From positions 1,595 to 65,594 of the forward strand of contig JBBTUN010000012.1 in assembly GCA_038063735.1 (NCBI GenBank): a DNA stretch of 64,000 nucleotides, read 5' to 3'. Source of the stretch: Patescibacteria group bacterium (GTDB lineage Bacteria; Patescibacteriota; Microgenomatia; Curtissbacterales; GWA2-41-24). The translations under genes and the position numbers were made by a program. Below are positions 29,571 through 37,983 of this stretch, in pieces (the first letter of the stretch is position 1; each line of letters starts with the position of its first letter). Below the pieces are notes generated by a model. That model was given only the letters and a program-made list of their open reading frames with translations. It had not been told where the DNA came from and did not search any database.

Positions 29571-30509
29571 TTAAATATTTGTTTTAGAAACAGGCGGTGT
29601 TACTTTTTTGACTTCTTCAACTATTTCCGTCACCTTTTGCTCATTCGTCCCCTTTGGTCCCTCTGCAGCCCTTGACTCATTTGCTTGCCCTGAGCCCGAG
29701 CGAAGGGATACTTTTGATACCTCTTCCCCGCCTGTCACCTTTCCTTTAGCCAGTTCTTCCTTTGCCTTTTCTTTTGCCTGCTCCCCGGCAAGGGCAATCT
29801 TTTGTTGCGCGCTCTTTTTATCAAACGCCTCTTTTCCAACTCGATAAGCGTCAGCTATCGCGTTTGTCACAATCTCGATAGCCTTGATTGCATCATCATT
29901 GCCGGGTACTGGATATGTAATCAAAGAAAGATCGGCATTTGTGTCACAAATTGCAATGGATGGAACTCCCCGCTTAACAGCCTCGCGGCAGGCATTTTCT
30001 TCCCTCTTAACATCAATGACAAAAAGCGCATCGGGAAGCTTGTCCATATTCTCGACTCCACCATAAAAGCGGGTGAGCTTTGCAATATCCCGATCTATCA
30101 AAAGAAGTTCTTTTTTGGTCCTATCGCTAAATTCTCCGGATTCCTTTTTTGTCCTTAAATCTTTAAGCTTTCTAATGTTTTTCGTGGTCTGCTCAAAATT
30201 CGTGAGCAAGCCCCCTATCCAGCGCTCTGCAATGTACATTGCGCCGCTTTTGGTAGCAGCATCTACAACAATACTTCTTGCCTGTTTTTTAGAACCCAAA
30301 AAGATAATCGTTCCGCCGTTTGCCCCGACTTGTTTAACAAATTCACACGCTTCCTCTAACTTTTTAACAGTGTGCGCCAGATCAATTACATGGACTCCAT
30401 CCCGTGCGCCAAAAATAAACTGGCCCATTTTTGGGTTCCACCTGCGAACCTGATGACCAAAATGGACACCAGCCTCCAAAAGTTCCTGCATCGTTGGTAA
30501 CTTACTCAT
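29571..30509 (-). CDS. rpsB: 30S ribosomal protein S2 with low-complexity C-terminal extension
   Basis: 'LLEAGVHFGHQVRRWNPKM' S2 signature. The C-terminal tail includes a repeat-encoded 'EEVSKVSLRSGSGQANES'. Confidence 0.9.
   Translation of the reverse strand: MSKLPTMQELLEAGVHFGHQVRRWNPKMGQFIFGARDGVHVIDLAHTVKKLEEACEFVKQVGANGGTIIFLGSKKQARSIVVDAATKSGAMYIAERWIGGLLTNFEQTTKNIRKLKDLRTKKESGEFSDRTKKELLLIDRDIAKLTRFYGGVENMDKLPDALFVIDVKREENACREAVKRGVPSIAICDTNADLSLITYPVPGNDDAIKAIEIVTNAIADAYRVGKEAFDKKSAQQKIALAGEQAKEKAKEELAKGKVTGGEEVSKVSLRSGSGQANESRAAEGPKGTNEQKVTEIVEEVKKVTPPVSKTNI
29672..29722 (-). repeat. family 1 copy with palindromic core, in frame in the rpsB tail
   Basis: 'ttgcttgccctgagcccgagcgaagggatacttttgatacc'. 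Encodes EEVSKVSLRSGSGQANES. Confidence 0.7.
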
Positions 30510-30714
30510 TTTTTATACAAAACCGGACATTAGAAATTGGAAATTTGAAATTAAAAATTTCTTAATGCCTCCTTTAAACCTCCGCCAGGAATATGTGGTC
30601 AAGGAGACGTGCTCCTAGCGTGCGTTATCTCGGGAGAGATTATCACAAAATAGTGGAAAATAGCAACTAGCTGCGTCGCTTAGGTGTTTTTTGCGTATGG
30701 ATTAAGAACAAGCT

Positions 30715-31017
30715 TTAACTTCTTTCTTTACCGTAACACGTCCCGCCTTCGTCACCCATCATAATTTCTGGATCCGGACGGACAGAATCAGGCAGAGGTT
30801 TGGGCAACTGCGACAACATGGCTCTATCCAGCACTATCACCGGAGCCCCATCCATTCCCCTGGTTTTCTTAATAAGGTGTCCCTGTATTCTCTTCGCCTC
30901 TTGAGAGGAGACTGTATCGTTGTGCAGCCCGCCCATGTCCTTATCCGGAGCTATGTCTGACTGCGGTCTATGTCTCGGTCCTTTTAAACTTCTCATGCCA
31001 ATAAAAAAAGCCACCAA
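30715..31017 (-). CDS. questionable ORF inside a GC-rich intergenic island (may be non-coding)
   Basis: 100-aa ORF with no motifs. Local GC is visibly higher than the surrounding AT-rich DNA. Confidence 0.15.
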   Translation of the reverse strand: MVAFFIGMRSLKGPRHRPQSDIAPDKDMGGLHNDTVSSQEAKRIQGHLIKKTRGMDGAPVIVLDRAMLSQLPKPLPDSVRPDPEIMMGDEGGTCYGKERS

Positions 31018-31074
31018 ACTCCGGGGCCAACAAAAGACCAGTCTAACATGCGACAGAAAAAACTGTCAATGTCA

Positions 31075-32775
31075 TCACTTCCTTCTAATAGAACCTTTTG
31101 CAGCTCCTATTTTTCTGTCTATCCTTTTTTCGCTTTCTCTTCTTGCCAAATCATAAGATTTATAATCAACAAACTTAAGCGCAAAAACTAAGCTCGGGTG
31201 GACTTTCTTTACCGCCTCAACTTTTAAATGCTCAACATGTCGGTAGTCCGGATGCCCTTGCGGTCCGGTCCTAAGCTCCGCCTCCCACGCCAGTTCCCGC
31301 AAATTTTCCCACTGGTACCAACGCATTCTATTACCCATCATTACTACGTACTGCGCTTGATCCGGATATTTTTTTGCGATTTTTTTATAAAACTTGTCAA
31401 TTTTATTTGCTGCATCAACATATGGTTTATCAAGCTTTGCCCAAACTAAATCCGGCGGAACATCAAACCCCAACTCTGTTGTAAACCGTTGCCTCTCCTG
31501 CGTCAGCATCCTGTGCCTGTGCAAATCGCGGTAAGCACCAAAGTTTGCAATTATGTCGAATTTATAATAGGTATTTTCAAAAGCGCGCACCAACCGGTGC
31601 TGCCTAACCTGCCGCTTGCCAACAACCTTTTTGATAATTAAAAGTTTTTCCCGCGCAGTTAGCTTTTCAACCTGCTCCTTTATCTGGGAAAACGAAACCG
31701 TCGCGTATTTATATAAAAGGCTCGCCACAATTCTATCTTCGGCATCACTATCCCACTCCACAAGTTCCACATCCTGGGTCTTTGATACATTTGATACCTT
31801 TGATACTTTTGATACCAGTCCCTCTAACGCCTTTTCTGTTTTAGAAACATACTTTTGGTAAATTTTCCCCCGAGGGCTGGTTGCCCTCTCCACCATCGAT
31901 GGGATAACCTGCATCAGTTCCTTTTGGGCCGCTTTTCCAAGTTCCCTGATTTCATAAATAGGAGATGCCAAACATTTGGTTATTACATATTCAAACGCCT
32001 GTCCCACACCAAAAAAGCCAACATTCGTTAAAGTTCCAGCCGGCAAATATGCGCGAAGCACGTCATAGGCTTTAGCGTTTATCGTTTCCCTGTATGCCCT
32101 ATCCGTTTGGTCTTTTCCCTGGACAAACTTTTTTCGGAGTATTTTAGAGAGTGGTTCAAGCGACTGTGAATAACGGGAAAAGAGCATATTCATAAGGCGC
32201 TTATACTCCGCACCATAAGAAGATTTAACAAGATCCGGATCCATAAAACATTGCCACCAGCCGCCAATTTTTGTATTAAAAGCAACATATCGCGTCGATT
32301 TCTCCAAGGGGGCAAAACCAATCCGAAAATCCTCCAAAGTTTTGGTTGCAATCTGCGAAACGCCTTCTAAAAATAAATGCGCACCGGCCATTTGCGCAAT
32401 CGAATCATCGCCATATGCAGCCAACCATCTGGCGAAAAAATCGCGCGCGCGCCTGCTGTTTACAACTGCCTCCCATCCTCCATGGCTATGCAGATAATCA
32501 ACAAAAGAGGTCAGCTCCGTCTTCATCACTTCGGCCTCCCTGATTGATTTCTTTTCCGCACCTTCCAAATTGGGTTCCAAAATCGGCTTTATATACTCGT
32601 CATAAAATAATCGCCTGACACCTTTTGTCGATCTGGAATATCGGGACGCAAGCGCCCCCAAAATTTCACTTGGCAAATACTTTGCAGCAAAAACATTCCT
32701 GTCCAAATTTGTAAAAAAGGGGGAAATGTACCAAGCCTCTTCCTTCGTAAATTTTTCAGCTTGAGAACTAATCAT
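31075..32775 (-). CDS. thyX: FAD-dependent thymidylate synthase ThyX (long, about 566 aa)
   Basis: ThyX 'RHR' flavin/dUMP motif 'YRDLHRHRMLTQERQ' and an N-terminal 'ALASRYSRS'-like segment. Double-length relative to canonical ThyX. Contains an in-frame 'LVSKVSKVSNVSKTQ' repeat insert. Confidence 0.7.
   Translation of the reverse strand: MISSQAEKFTKEEAWYISPFFTNLDRNVFAAKYLPSEILGALASRYSRSTKGVRRLFYDEYIKPILEPNLEGAEKKSIREAEVMKTELTSFVDYLHSHGGWEAVVNSRRARDFFARWLAAYGDDSIAQMAGAHLFLEGVSQIATKTLEDFRIGFAPLEKSTRYVAFNTKIGGWWQCFMDPDLVKSSYGAEYKRLMNMLFSRYSQSLEPLSKILRKKFVQGKDQTDRAYRETINAKAYDVLRAYLPAGTLTNVGFFGVGQAFEYVITKCLASPIYEIRELGKAAQKELMQVIPSMVERATSPRGKIYQKYVSKTEKALEGLVSKVSKVSNVSKTQDVELVEWDSDAEDRIVASLLYKYATVSFSQIKEQVEKLTAREKLLIIKKVVGKRQVRQHRLVRAFENTYYKFDIIANFGAYRDLHRHRMLTQERQRFTTELGFDVPPDLVWAKLDKPYVDAANKIDKFYKKIAKKYPDQAQYVVMMGNRMRWYQWENLRELAWEAELRTGPQGHPDYRHVEHLKVEAVKKVHPSLVFALKFVDYKSYDLARRESEKRIDRKIGAAKGSIRRK
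31779..31816 (-). repeat. family 1 copy (3.5 tandem 9-mers), in frame in thyX
   Basis: 'tttgatacatttgatacctttgatacttttgatacc'. Encodes LVSKVSKVSNVSK. Confidence 0.7.
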
Positions 32776-33439
32776 CTAAGCTCATATTCCCGTCACAGAT
32801 TTCTTTCTTCTTCAAAACTTCCAAAACCTCTTTCGCGATTTCACCTTTTGTTTTCGTCCCATCCAAAACGTAAAAAGAGAATTCTTTTGCTTGTTTCAAG
32901 TAATTGTCCCGAACTTTCTCTAAAAAACTTTGCCTCTCAAAAAGTTCTTTTGAACCCCTCGAGCTTTCCATACGCTTCATCGCAACAGAAACAGGGGTAT
33001 CAATTAAAAATGTTGCAGATGGCATCGGAAAATTTTTACCAAGCTCCCGCAGCCACTTACCATCCAAATTCAATTCACCATATGCCAAAGTCGAGAAAAA
33101 GTACCTGTCGGAAATAACAGTTTTCCCTGCGCGGGTAGAAGGCAAAATCAATTTATCCAGATGGTCTGCCCTGTCCGCGCTATACATAAGCTGCAAAGTT
33201 TCCCAAGAAAACTTCAGTTCATGCTTAAGCGCGCGCCTTATTAACTGACCAACTGGGCCATCCGTCGGCTCACAAGTCTTTATAACTTTTTTGCCTTTTG
33301 ATTTTAAGTAATTAAAAAGAAGACCTGTCTGCGTAGTAGAACCCGCTCCATCAATCCCTTCAAAAACAATAAGCGCAGCTTTTCTGCGAATAAATTTACC
33401 GCTCGAATCCTTAGCGGTGTGCGGTTTACTTTTTGCCAT
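32768..33439 (-). CDS. tmk: thymidylate kinase
   Basis: P-loop 'IVFEGIDGAGSTTQ' and DR(Y/F) motif 'SDRYFFS'. Confidence 0.85.
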   Translation of the reverse strand: MAKSKPHTAKDSSGKFIRRKAALIVFEGIDGAGSTTQTGLLFNYLKSKGKKVIKTCEPTDGPVGQLIRRALKHELKFSWETLQLMYSADRADHLDKLILPSTRAGKTVISDRYFFSTLAYGELNLDGKWLRELGKNFPMPSATFLIDTPVSVAMKRMESSRGSKELFERQSFLEKVRDNYLKQAKEFSFYVLDGTKTKGEIAKEVLEVLKKKEICDGNMSLDD

Positions 33440-34844
33440 TTGTTGCCTTGTCTATTTTAGAAGCAACAGCAAGGCGTGATCCAGAATATCTGTCAGATCT
33501 CGAACCTTCATACTTCATTTTTACCGGAGCAGCTAATTTTTCAAAAGTAAACGCGCATATTGGCATACCACAATACAATATTGCTGGCTTTGGCCCTAAG
33601 TTCCCGAGCTCCAAAACAGGCGCCCCGTTCCAGCCCGGATCAAACCTTGCAGCCGTCGAATGCACTAAAATTCCAAGCCGGGCAAGCGAACTTTTCCCCT
33701 CAAGCCTGCCCAAAATGTCCGGAGCCAATTTCAAAACTTCAGAAGTCGAAGCAATCGCAAACGCACCCGGTTCCAAAATAAACGGATCGCCGTTGGTAAG
33801 ATTGATTTCTTCCATCGCATCCTCTGGTAAACCACGCCTTGTGTCTATAAACCGATAGGCACCGGACCTAAACAGTTTAATATTCCCACCCAAATGAAAA
33901 TCGATAGAAACCTGGTCGATATTATCTTTCCAGTTGGCGGGCAGCGGCGAAATTTTGATATCGCCTTTCTCTACCGCTTCTTCGATTAACCAGTCCGGCA
34001 ATATACCTGTCATATTTTTACTATTTTCTTGTTGCTTATTCGCAGAAAAGCTCTGCTTATTCGTAGAAAAGCTCTGCTTATCTCTTGTCTCTTGTTGCTT
34101 CTTGCTTATTGCTTGTCTCTTATTCACCATATGGTCATAAACAATCTGGCTCCATGTCTCCATTTTTTTGAAATGGCGACCCAGTTCATCTACGGTCATC
34201 ATTGTACCCGATTTATGCTCGTCTCGGACATTAATTTCACTGCTATCCCCAGACAACATTATTACAAGTCCTACATGCACCAACCCAACATCATTAGCGT
34301 CGTGGTTTAAAATCCCCAAAAACTTAGCCGTATATTTTCCCTTATAATCTATCTCTTCTTCAAACTCCCGCTTTGCCCATTCCATCACTTCATCACCTTT
34401 GATACCTTTGATACTCTTGATACCTTTGACGTCTTTTAGATTTATATGTCCCCCAACACCAATAGAATACATATTAGCCAAGCGTTTATCCGTATGCGTT
34501 CCTTTTCTCTGCATCGCTAAAATTTTCCCACCTGCCTCAAAAATCAAATAAGGAATAACCTGTTTCCACTTGGGGTCACTTTCCACCTCGCCACGTGCCA
34601 TAAACTTATGGCTTTTTGTGATTACTTTTAAATACTTAGGAAGATTTTCAGAGCGTATCCCATTCCAAATCTCGCCGTCAAAAAGTTCCGTCCGCGAAAC
34701 AACCATCACCCGTTCGGCTTCCTTGCCCACCAAAACTTTCTTGACATCCATAGCTTTAGCGACGGATGTAGTGACGGCGGGTTTACCCTGAAGAACTTTC
34801 TTTTGAGATTTTTTCGGCATCAGAATTTTCGGGGCAGAGGTCAA
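33426..34844 (-). CDS. dcd: fusion protein: N-terminal NUDIX hydrolase domain plus C-terminal dCTP deaminase (Dcd/dUTPase-fold) domain
   Basis: Nudix box 'GGHINLKD...EWAKREFEEEIDY', interrupted by a repeat-encoded 'VKGIKSIKGIKGD' insert. K/Q-rich linker. C-terminal 'ILPDWLIEEAVEKGDIKISPL...EPGAFAIASTSEVLKL...GWNGAPVLELGNLGPKPA' is a typical dCTP deaminase. Confidence 0.7.
   Translation of the reverse strand: MTSAPKILMPKKSQKKVLQGKPAVTTSVAKAMDVKKVLVGKEAERVMVVSRTELFDGEIWNGIRSENLPKYLKVITKSHKFMARGEVESDPKWKQVIPYLIFEAGGKILAMQRKGTHTDKRLANMYSIGVGGHINLKDVKGIKSIKGIKGDEVMEWAKREFEEEIDYKGKYTAKFLGILNHDANDVGLVHVGLVIMLSGDSSEINVRDEHKSGTMMTVDELGRHFKKMETWSQIVYDHMVNKRQAISKKQQETRDKQSFSTNKQSFSANKQQENSKNMTGILPDWLIEEAVEKGDIKISPLPANWKDNIDQVSIDFHLGGNIKLFRSGAYRFIDTRRGLPEDAMEEINLTNGDPFILEPGAFAIASTSEVLKLAPDILGRLEGKSSLARLGILVHSTAARFDPGWNGAPVLELGNLGPKPAILYCGMPICAFTFEKLAAPVKMKYEGSRSDRYSGSRLAVASKIDKATNGKK
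34024..34125 (-). repeat. repeat family 2 (purine-rich GCAACAAGARACAAG / tandem 23-mer), in frame in the NUDIX-Dcd linker
   Basis: 'gcttattcgcagaaaagctctgcttattcgtagaaaagctctgcttatctcttgtctcttgttgcttcttgcttattgcttgtctc'. Encodes KQQETRDKQSFSTNKQSFSANKQ. Confidence 0.55.
34396..34432 (-). repeat. family 1 copy, in frame in the Nudix box of the NUDIX-Dcd fusion
   Basis: 'cctttgatacctttgatactcttgatacctttgac'. Read in another frame, it encodes VKGIKSIKGIKGD. Confidence 0.7.
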
Positions 34845-34886
34845 ATTTATTGTAAAGGATTTCTCAAAAAAAACTAGCCACCACTT

Positions 34887-35291
34887 TTAGAGTAGTCCCG
34901 AAACACGAATTAAACCTTCACCTATTTCCAACTTACTTACAGAACCGTACGAGTCCTCGCAAATTTGTTCCCCGCGTCTTAACAATTCTTCACCCACACT
35001 AGTAAAATCTCCTCTATCTATATCATCCAAGATTTGTTCCTGCTTCTGTCTTAATTCTCTACAATGTCGTGCAACATTTTCCTTACCTGCCGAGTCATAA
35101 CACTCACCAATCATCAACAGCACATTTGTCCATCCCTCTAACCTGTATAACACATACATACGCACTAAACCGTGCAATTCTTCCCTTGGTGGACTTATCT
35201 TTATAGCCATTTCCCTTTCTAGCGCAACTGTCATTACGCTTTTTCTAGAAATAGCATCATCCAATTGGAGCAGCCTCAAACGATCTGTCAT
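34887..35291 (-). CDS. hypothetical protein
   Basis: 134 aa, no recognisable motifs. Confidence 0.25.
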   Translation of the reverse strand: MTDRLRLLQLDDAISRKSVMTVALEREMAIKISPPREELHGLVRMYVLYRLEGWTNVLLMIGECYDSAGKENVARHCRELRQKQEQILDDIDRGDFTSVGEELLRRGEQICEDSYGSVSKLEIGEGLIRVSGLL

Positions 35292-35300
35292 CTCGCGATT

Positions 35301-37448
35301 TTACTCCACTTTTTTATCAGATTGCAATTCTTCTTTTCTTTCAATGTTTGATACCTTTGATTTATCCTGAGATTTATCGAAGGACTCGTTTGCTTGCCCT
35401 GAATCTTTTTGAAGGGATACTTTTGATACTTCTCCCTCTGGCTTTGTCCAACTTGCAAAAGTACAATTAGGATAATTGGCGCATCCCCAAAATGGCCTTC
35501 CCCGCTTTGTCCGCTTCATAACAACCTGCCCACCATCCACGGGACAAACAAGCCCGGTCTCTTCGTTCAAAGCCTTCGTATTTTTACAATCAGGAAATCC
35601 GCTGCAAGCCAAAAACTTTCCGTACTTTCCATAGCGTACAACCATAGGCTTGCCACATCTTTCGCAAACATCACCCGTTTCTTCAACTTCTACCTTCATT
35701 TTCTCTGCCTCTTCGGCGACTCTATCTACCTTTTCCTCAAACGGTTTCCAAAACTTCTCCATTAGCTGCGGCATCTCGAGTTTTCCAAGTGCAATATCGT
35801 CAAGTCCGTTTTCCATATCTGCTGTAAACGAGTAATCGATAATATCGCCAAAATATTTTTCCAAAAACTCTATCGTTGTCTTGCCAATAGGCGTTGGCCC
35901 AATTTTCTTGCCTTCCAGCCTTTCGATATAAAGCCTGTCGTACAAAGTAGAAATTGTCGGCGCGTAAGTAGAAGGCCTGCCGATTCCATGCTTTTCCAAA
36001 TCGCGAATAAGAGTTGCCTCTCCGTATCTTGCCGGCGGCTCTGTAAACTTTTGCTGCGGATTAATATTCTTAAAGTCCAGCGGTTCGTCCTTTGCCAAGT
36101 CTGGCAAAACCTGCTCGGTAATCGGCGCTTTGGCATAAACCCTGTACCATCCGTCAAACTTTATTTTCTGACCATTCACCCGAAGCAAATAACTTTTTGC
36201 TTTTTGCTTTTTGCCTTTTGCTTCTACATCTACCGCCGTTTCGTCAACAACTGCTTCTGCCATCTGGCAAACAACCATCCTTTTCCAGATCAACTCATAC
36301 AATTTCCTTTCATCCTGACTTATCACTTGCTTGCCCTGAGCTTGATCGAAGGGTAACTTGTCACTTGTCACTTCTATACTCGTTGGTCTTATCGCTTCAT
36401 GTGCTTCCTGCGCAAGTTTGGATTTTATTTTGTATGCCCGTGACTTTGGCGGTAAATAATTTTTTCCATACTTTGCTTCTATAAATTTACGCACGGCGCT
36501 AACCGCTGCCGGCGCCAAATTAACAGAATCGGTTCTCATATAAGTAATCAAACCGTTTTCGTAGAGGCTTTGGGCAACACTCATCGTTCGCTTTGGCACA
36601 AAACCCAAAACATTTGCGGCCCGCTGTTGCAGCGTAGAGGTAGTAAAAGGCGGATTAGGATATTTTTTAACCTCTTTAGATTCAACGGAGGCAACAGTGT
36701 ACTTTGCAGTTTTTAAATCTGCGACAACTTCATCCGCCTGCTTTTGATTTTTAACACTCGCCTTTTTCCCGTCAACTTTCTGAAGTGTCACCGTAAAGAT
36801 TTCACCCTCCAACACCTTTGATACCTCTACCTCAACCACCCAATATTCCTCGCTCTTAAACCCCTCTATCTCCCGTTCGCGCTCAACAACCAACCGCAAA
36901 GCAACAGATTGCACCCTACCAGCGCTGAGTCTACTTTTAACTTTTTTCCAAAGTAGTGGCGAAAGTTTATAACCGACAAGCCTGTCCAGCACCCTTCTTG
37001 CTTGCTGCGCCTCAACTAAATTCTGGTCGATACTTCGCGGATGCCCAAAAGCAGCAAGCACCGCATCTTTTGTAATTTCATGGAAAACTACCCGCTGCAC
37101 ATTTCGCTTAGATGCCGGAGTTTTAGATTTTGCGTCTATTACCTTTAAGAGATTCCAGGCTATTGCTTCGCCTTCGCGGTCAGGATCCGGTGCAAGGTAT
37201 AAATGACTAACACCTTCCGTCGATTTAACCAGCTGGTTAACCATTTTTATTTTGTTTTTAGGAATTACGTATTTAGGTTTAAAACCATGATCCACATCTA
37301 CCCCAAACTCACCTTTGGGCAAATCCCGAACGTGTCCCATAGAAGCAATAATCTGGTAATCTTTCCCCAAAAACTGACTTAACGTACGAGCTTTGGTTGG
37401 GCTTTCTACTATTACAAGATTTTTTGACATAATTATTTTAGGTATCAA
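35301..37448 (-). CDS. topA: DNA topoisomerase I
   Basis: Toprim N-terminus 'LVIVESPTKARTLSQFLG...ASMGHVRDLP', active-site region 'ITYMRTDS', C-terminal C4 zinc ribbons. Carries at least three in-frame repeat inserts. Confidence 0.9.
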   Translation of the reverse strand: MIPKIIMSKNLVIVESPTKARTLSQFLGKDYQIIASMGHVRDLPKGEFGVDVDHGFKPKYVIPKNKIKMVNQLVKSTEGVSHLYLAPDPDREGEAIAWNLLKVIDAKSKTPASKRNVQRVVFHEITKDAVLAAFGHPRSIDQNLVEAQQARRVLDRLVGYKLSPLLWKKVKSRLSAGRVQSVALRLVVEREREIEGFKSEEYWVVEVEVSKVLEGEIFTVTLQKVDGKKASVKNQKQADEVVADLKTAKYTVASVESKEVKKYPNPPFTTSTLQQRAANVLGFVPKRTMSVAQSLYENGLITYMRTDSVNLAPAAVSAVRKFIEAKYGKNYLPPKSRAYKIKSKLAQEAHEAIRPTSIEVTSDKLPFDQAQGKQVISQDERKLYELIWKRMVVCQMAEAVVDETAVDVEAKGKKQKAKSYLLRVNGQKIKFDGWYRVYAKAPITEQVLPDLAKDEPLDFKNINPQQKFTEPPARYGEATLIRDLEKHGIGRPSTYAPTISTLYDRLYIERLEGKKIGPTPIGKTTIEFLEKYFGDIIDYSFTADMENGLDDIALGKLEMPQLMEKFWKPFEEKVDRVAEEAEKMKVEVEETGDVCERCGKPMVVRYGKYGKFLACSGFPDCKNTKALNEETGLVCPVDGGQVVMKRTKRGRPFWGCANYPNCTFASWTKPEGEVSKVSLQKDSGQANESFDKSQDKSKVSNIERKEELQSDKKVE
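35346..35430 (-). repeat. family 1 composite copy (9-mers plus two palindromic cores), in frame in the topA C-terminus
   Basis: 'tttgatacctttgatttatcctgagatttatcgaaggactcgtttgcttgccctgaatctttttgaagggatacttttgatac'. Encodes EVSKVSLQKDSGQANESFDKSQDKSKVS. Confidence 0.7.
36186..36228 (-). repeat. family-2-like A/G-rich tandem (GCAAAAA)n, in frame in topA
   Basis: 'ctttttgctttttgctttttgccttttgcttc'. Encodes EAKGKKQKAKS. Confidence 0.35.
36321..36372 (-). repeat. family 1 palindromic-core copy, in frame in topA
   Basis: 'cacttgcttgccctgagcttgatcgaagggtaacttgtcacttgtcac'. Confidence 0.6.
36812..36832 (-). repeat. family 1 short copy in topA
   Basis: 'cacctttgatacctctacc'. Encodes VEVSKVLEG. Confidence 0.4.
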
Positions 37449-37477
37449 AAGTCACAAAAGTATCATAAGTATCAAAT
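37441..37477 (+). repeat. family 1 copy, inverted orientation, intergenic between topA and the four-helix-bundle gene
   Basis: 'ggtatcaaaagtcacaaaagtatcataagtatcaaatg'. Confidence 0.6.
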
Positions 37478-37485
37478 GAAAACAA

Positions 37486-37842
37486 CTAGAAAGAGTTGGA
37501 ATACTTATTTAGAAGATACCCCACTTCCCCTTTCTTTAGGTCAAGAACTTTATACTCCCCCTGCAGAACAAAACCCAACTCTAGTGAAACCTCAAGGTCT
37601 GATTCTAATTCGAAAAGAGATCCAACTGCAATCTCCAAAAATCTTTTCTTATCAAGTTTTGACCTCCTGGAATAACCCTCAGCAATATTAGAAAGCACAG
37701 AAACTGCTGCTCTTCTCATCTGACTTTTCAGACCAAACTCTTCACTTTTTGGAAACTTTGTCGTCACATTGTAAACCATTACAACCAAGTCTTTAGCTCT
37801 TTGCCAAACAATAAGCTTCTGATAACCCTTCGGTTCACTCAT
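37486..37842 (-). CDS. four-helix-bundle protein (23S rRNA intervening-sequence protein / Avd-like family)
   Basis: 'LIVWQRAKDLVVMVYNVTTKFPKSEEFGLKSQMRRAAVSVLSNIAEGYSRRS...FLEIAVGSLFELESDLEVS' matches the four-helix-bundle family. Free-standing here and flanked by inverted repeat copies. Confidence 0.7.
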   Translation of the reverse strand: MSEPKGYQKLIVWQRAKDLVVMVYNVTTKFPKSEEFGLKSQMRRAAVSVLSNIAEGYSRRSKLDKKRFLEIAVGSLFELESDLEVSLELGFVLQGEYKVLDLKKGEVGYLLNKYSNSF

Positions 37843-37866
37843 TTTCTTTATTATACATTTGCAGGC

Positions 37867-37977
37867 GTTTGATACCTTTGATACTCTTGACCCCTTTTGT
37901 ACTTTTCTAACTTTTGTCCCTTGATATACAAACTCACTTTTGATACCTTTGATACGTTTGACGCCCTTGATACTTTC
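37867..37977 (-). repeat. family 1 long copy, intergenic between the four-helix-bundle gene and the csaA-like gene
   Basis: 'tttgatacctttgatactcttgacccc...cttttgatacctttgatacgtttgacgcccttgatac'. The reverse complement begins GGTATCAAAAGT, as does the left copy. Confidence 0.65.
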
Positions 37978-37983
37978 TTAAAT

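Noticed and set aside
30530-31070. RNase P RNA, tmRNA or SRP RNA in the GC-rich island
   Set aside because: Looked on both strands for the P4 strands (AAAGUCCGG / ACAGAAnCCGGCUUA), the tmRNA tRNA-like 3' end and tag-ORF, and the SRP domain-IV motifs (AGGUCAGG / GGAAGCAGCC). None are present in the right order. Left as unidentified.
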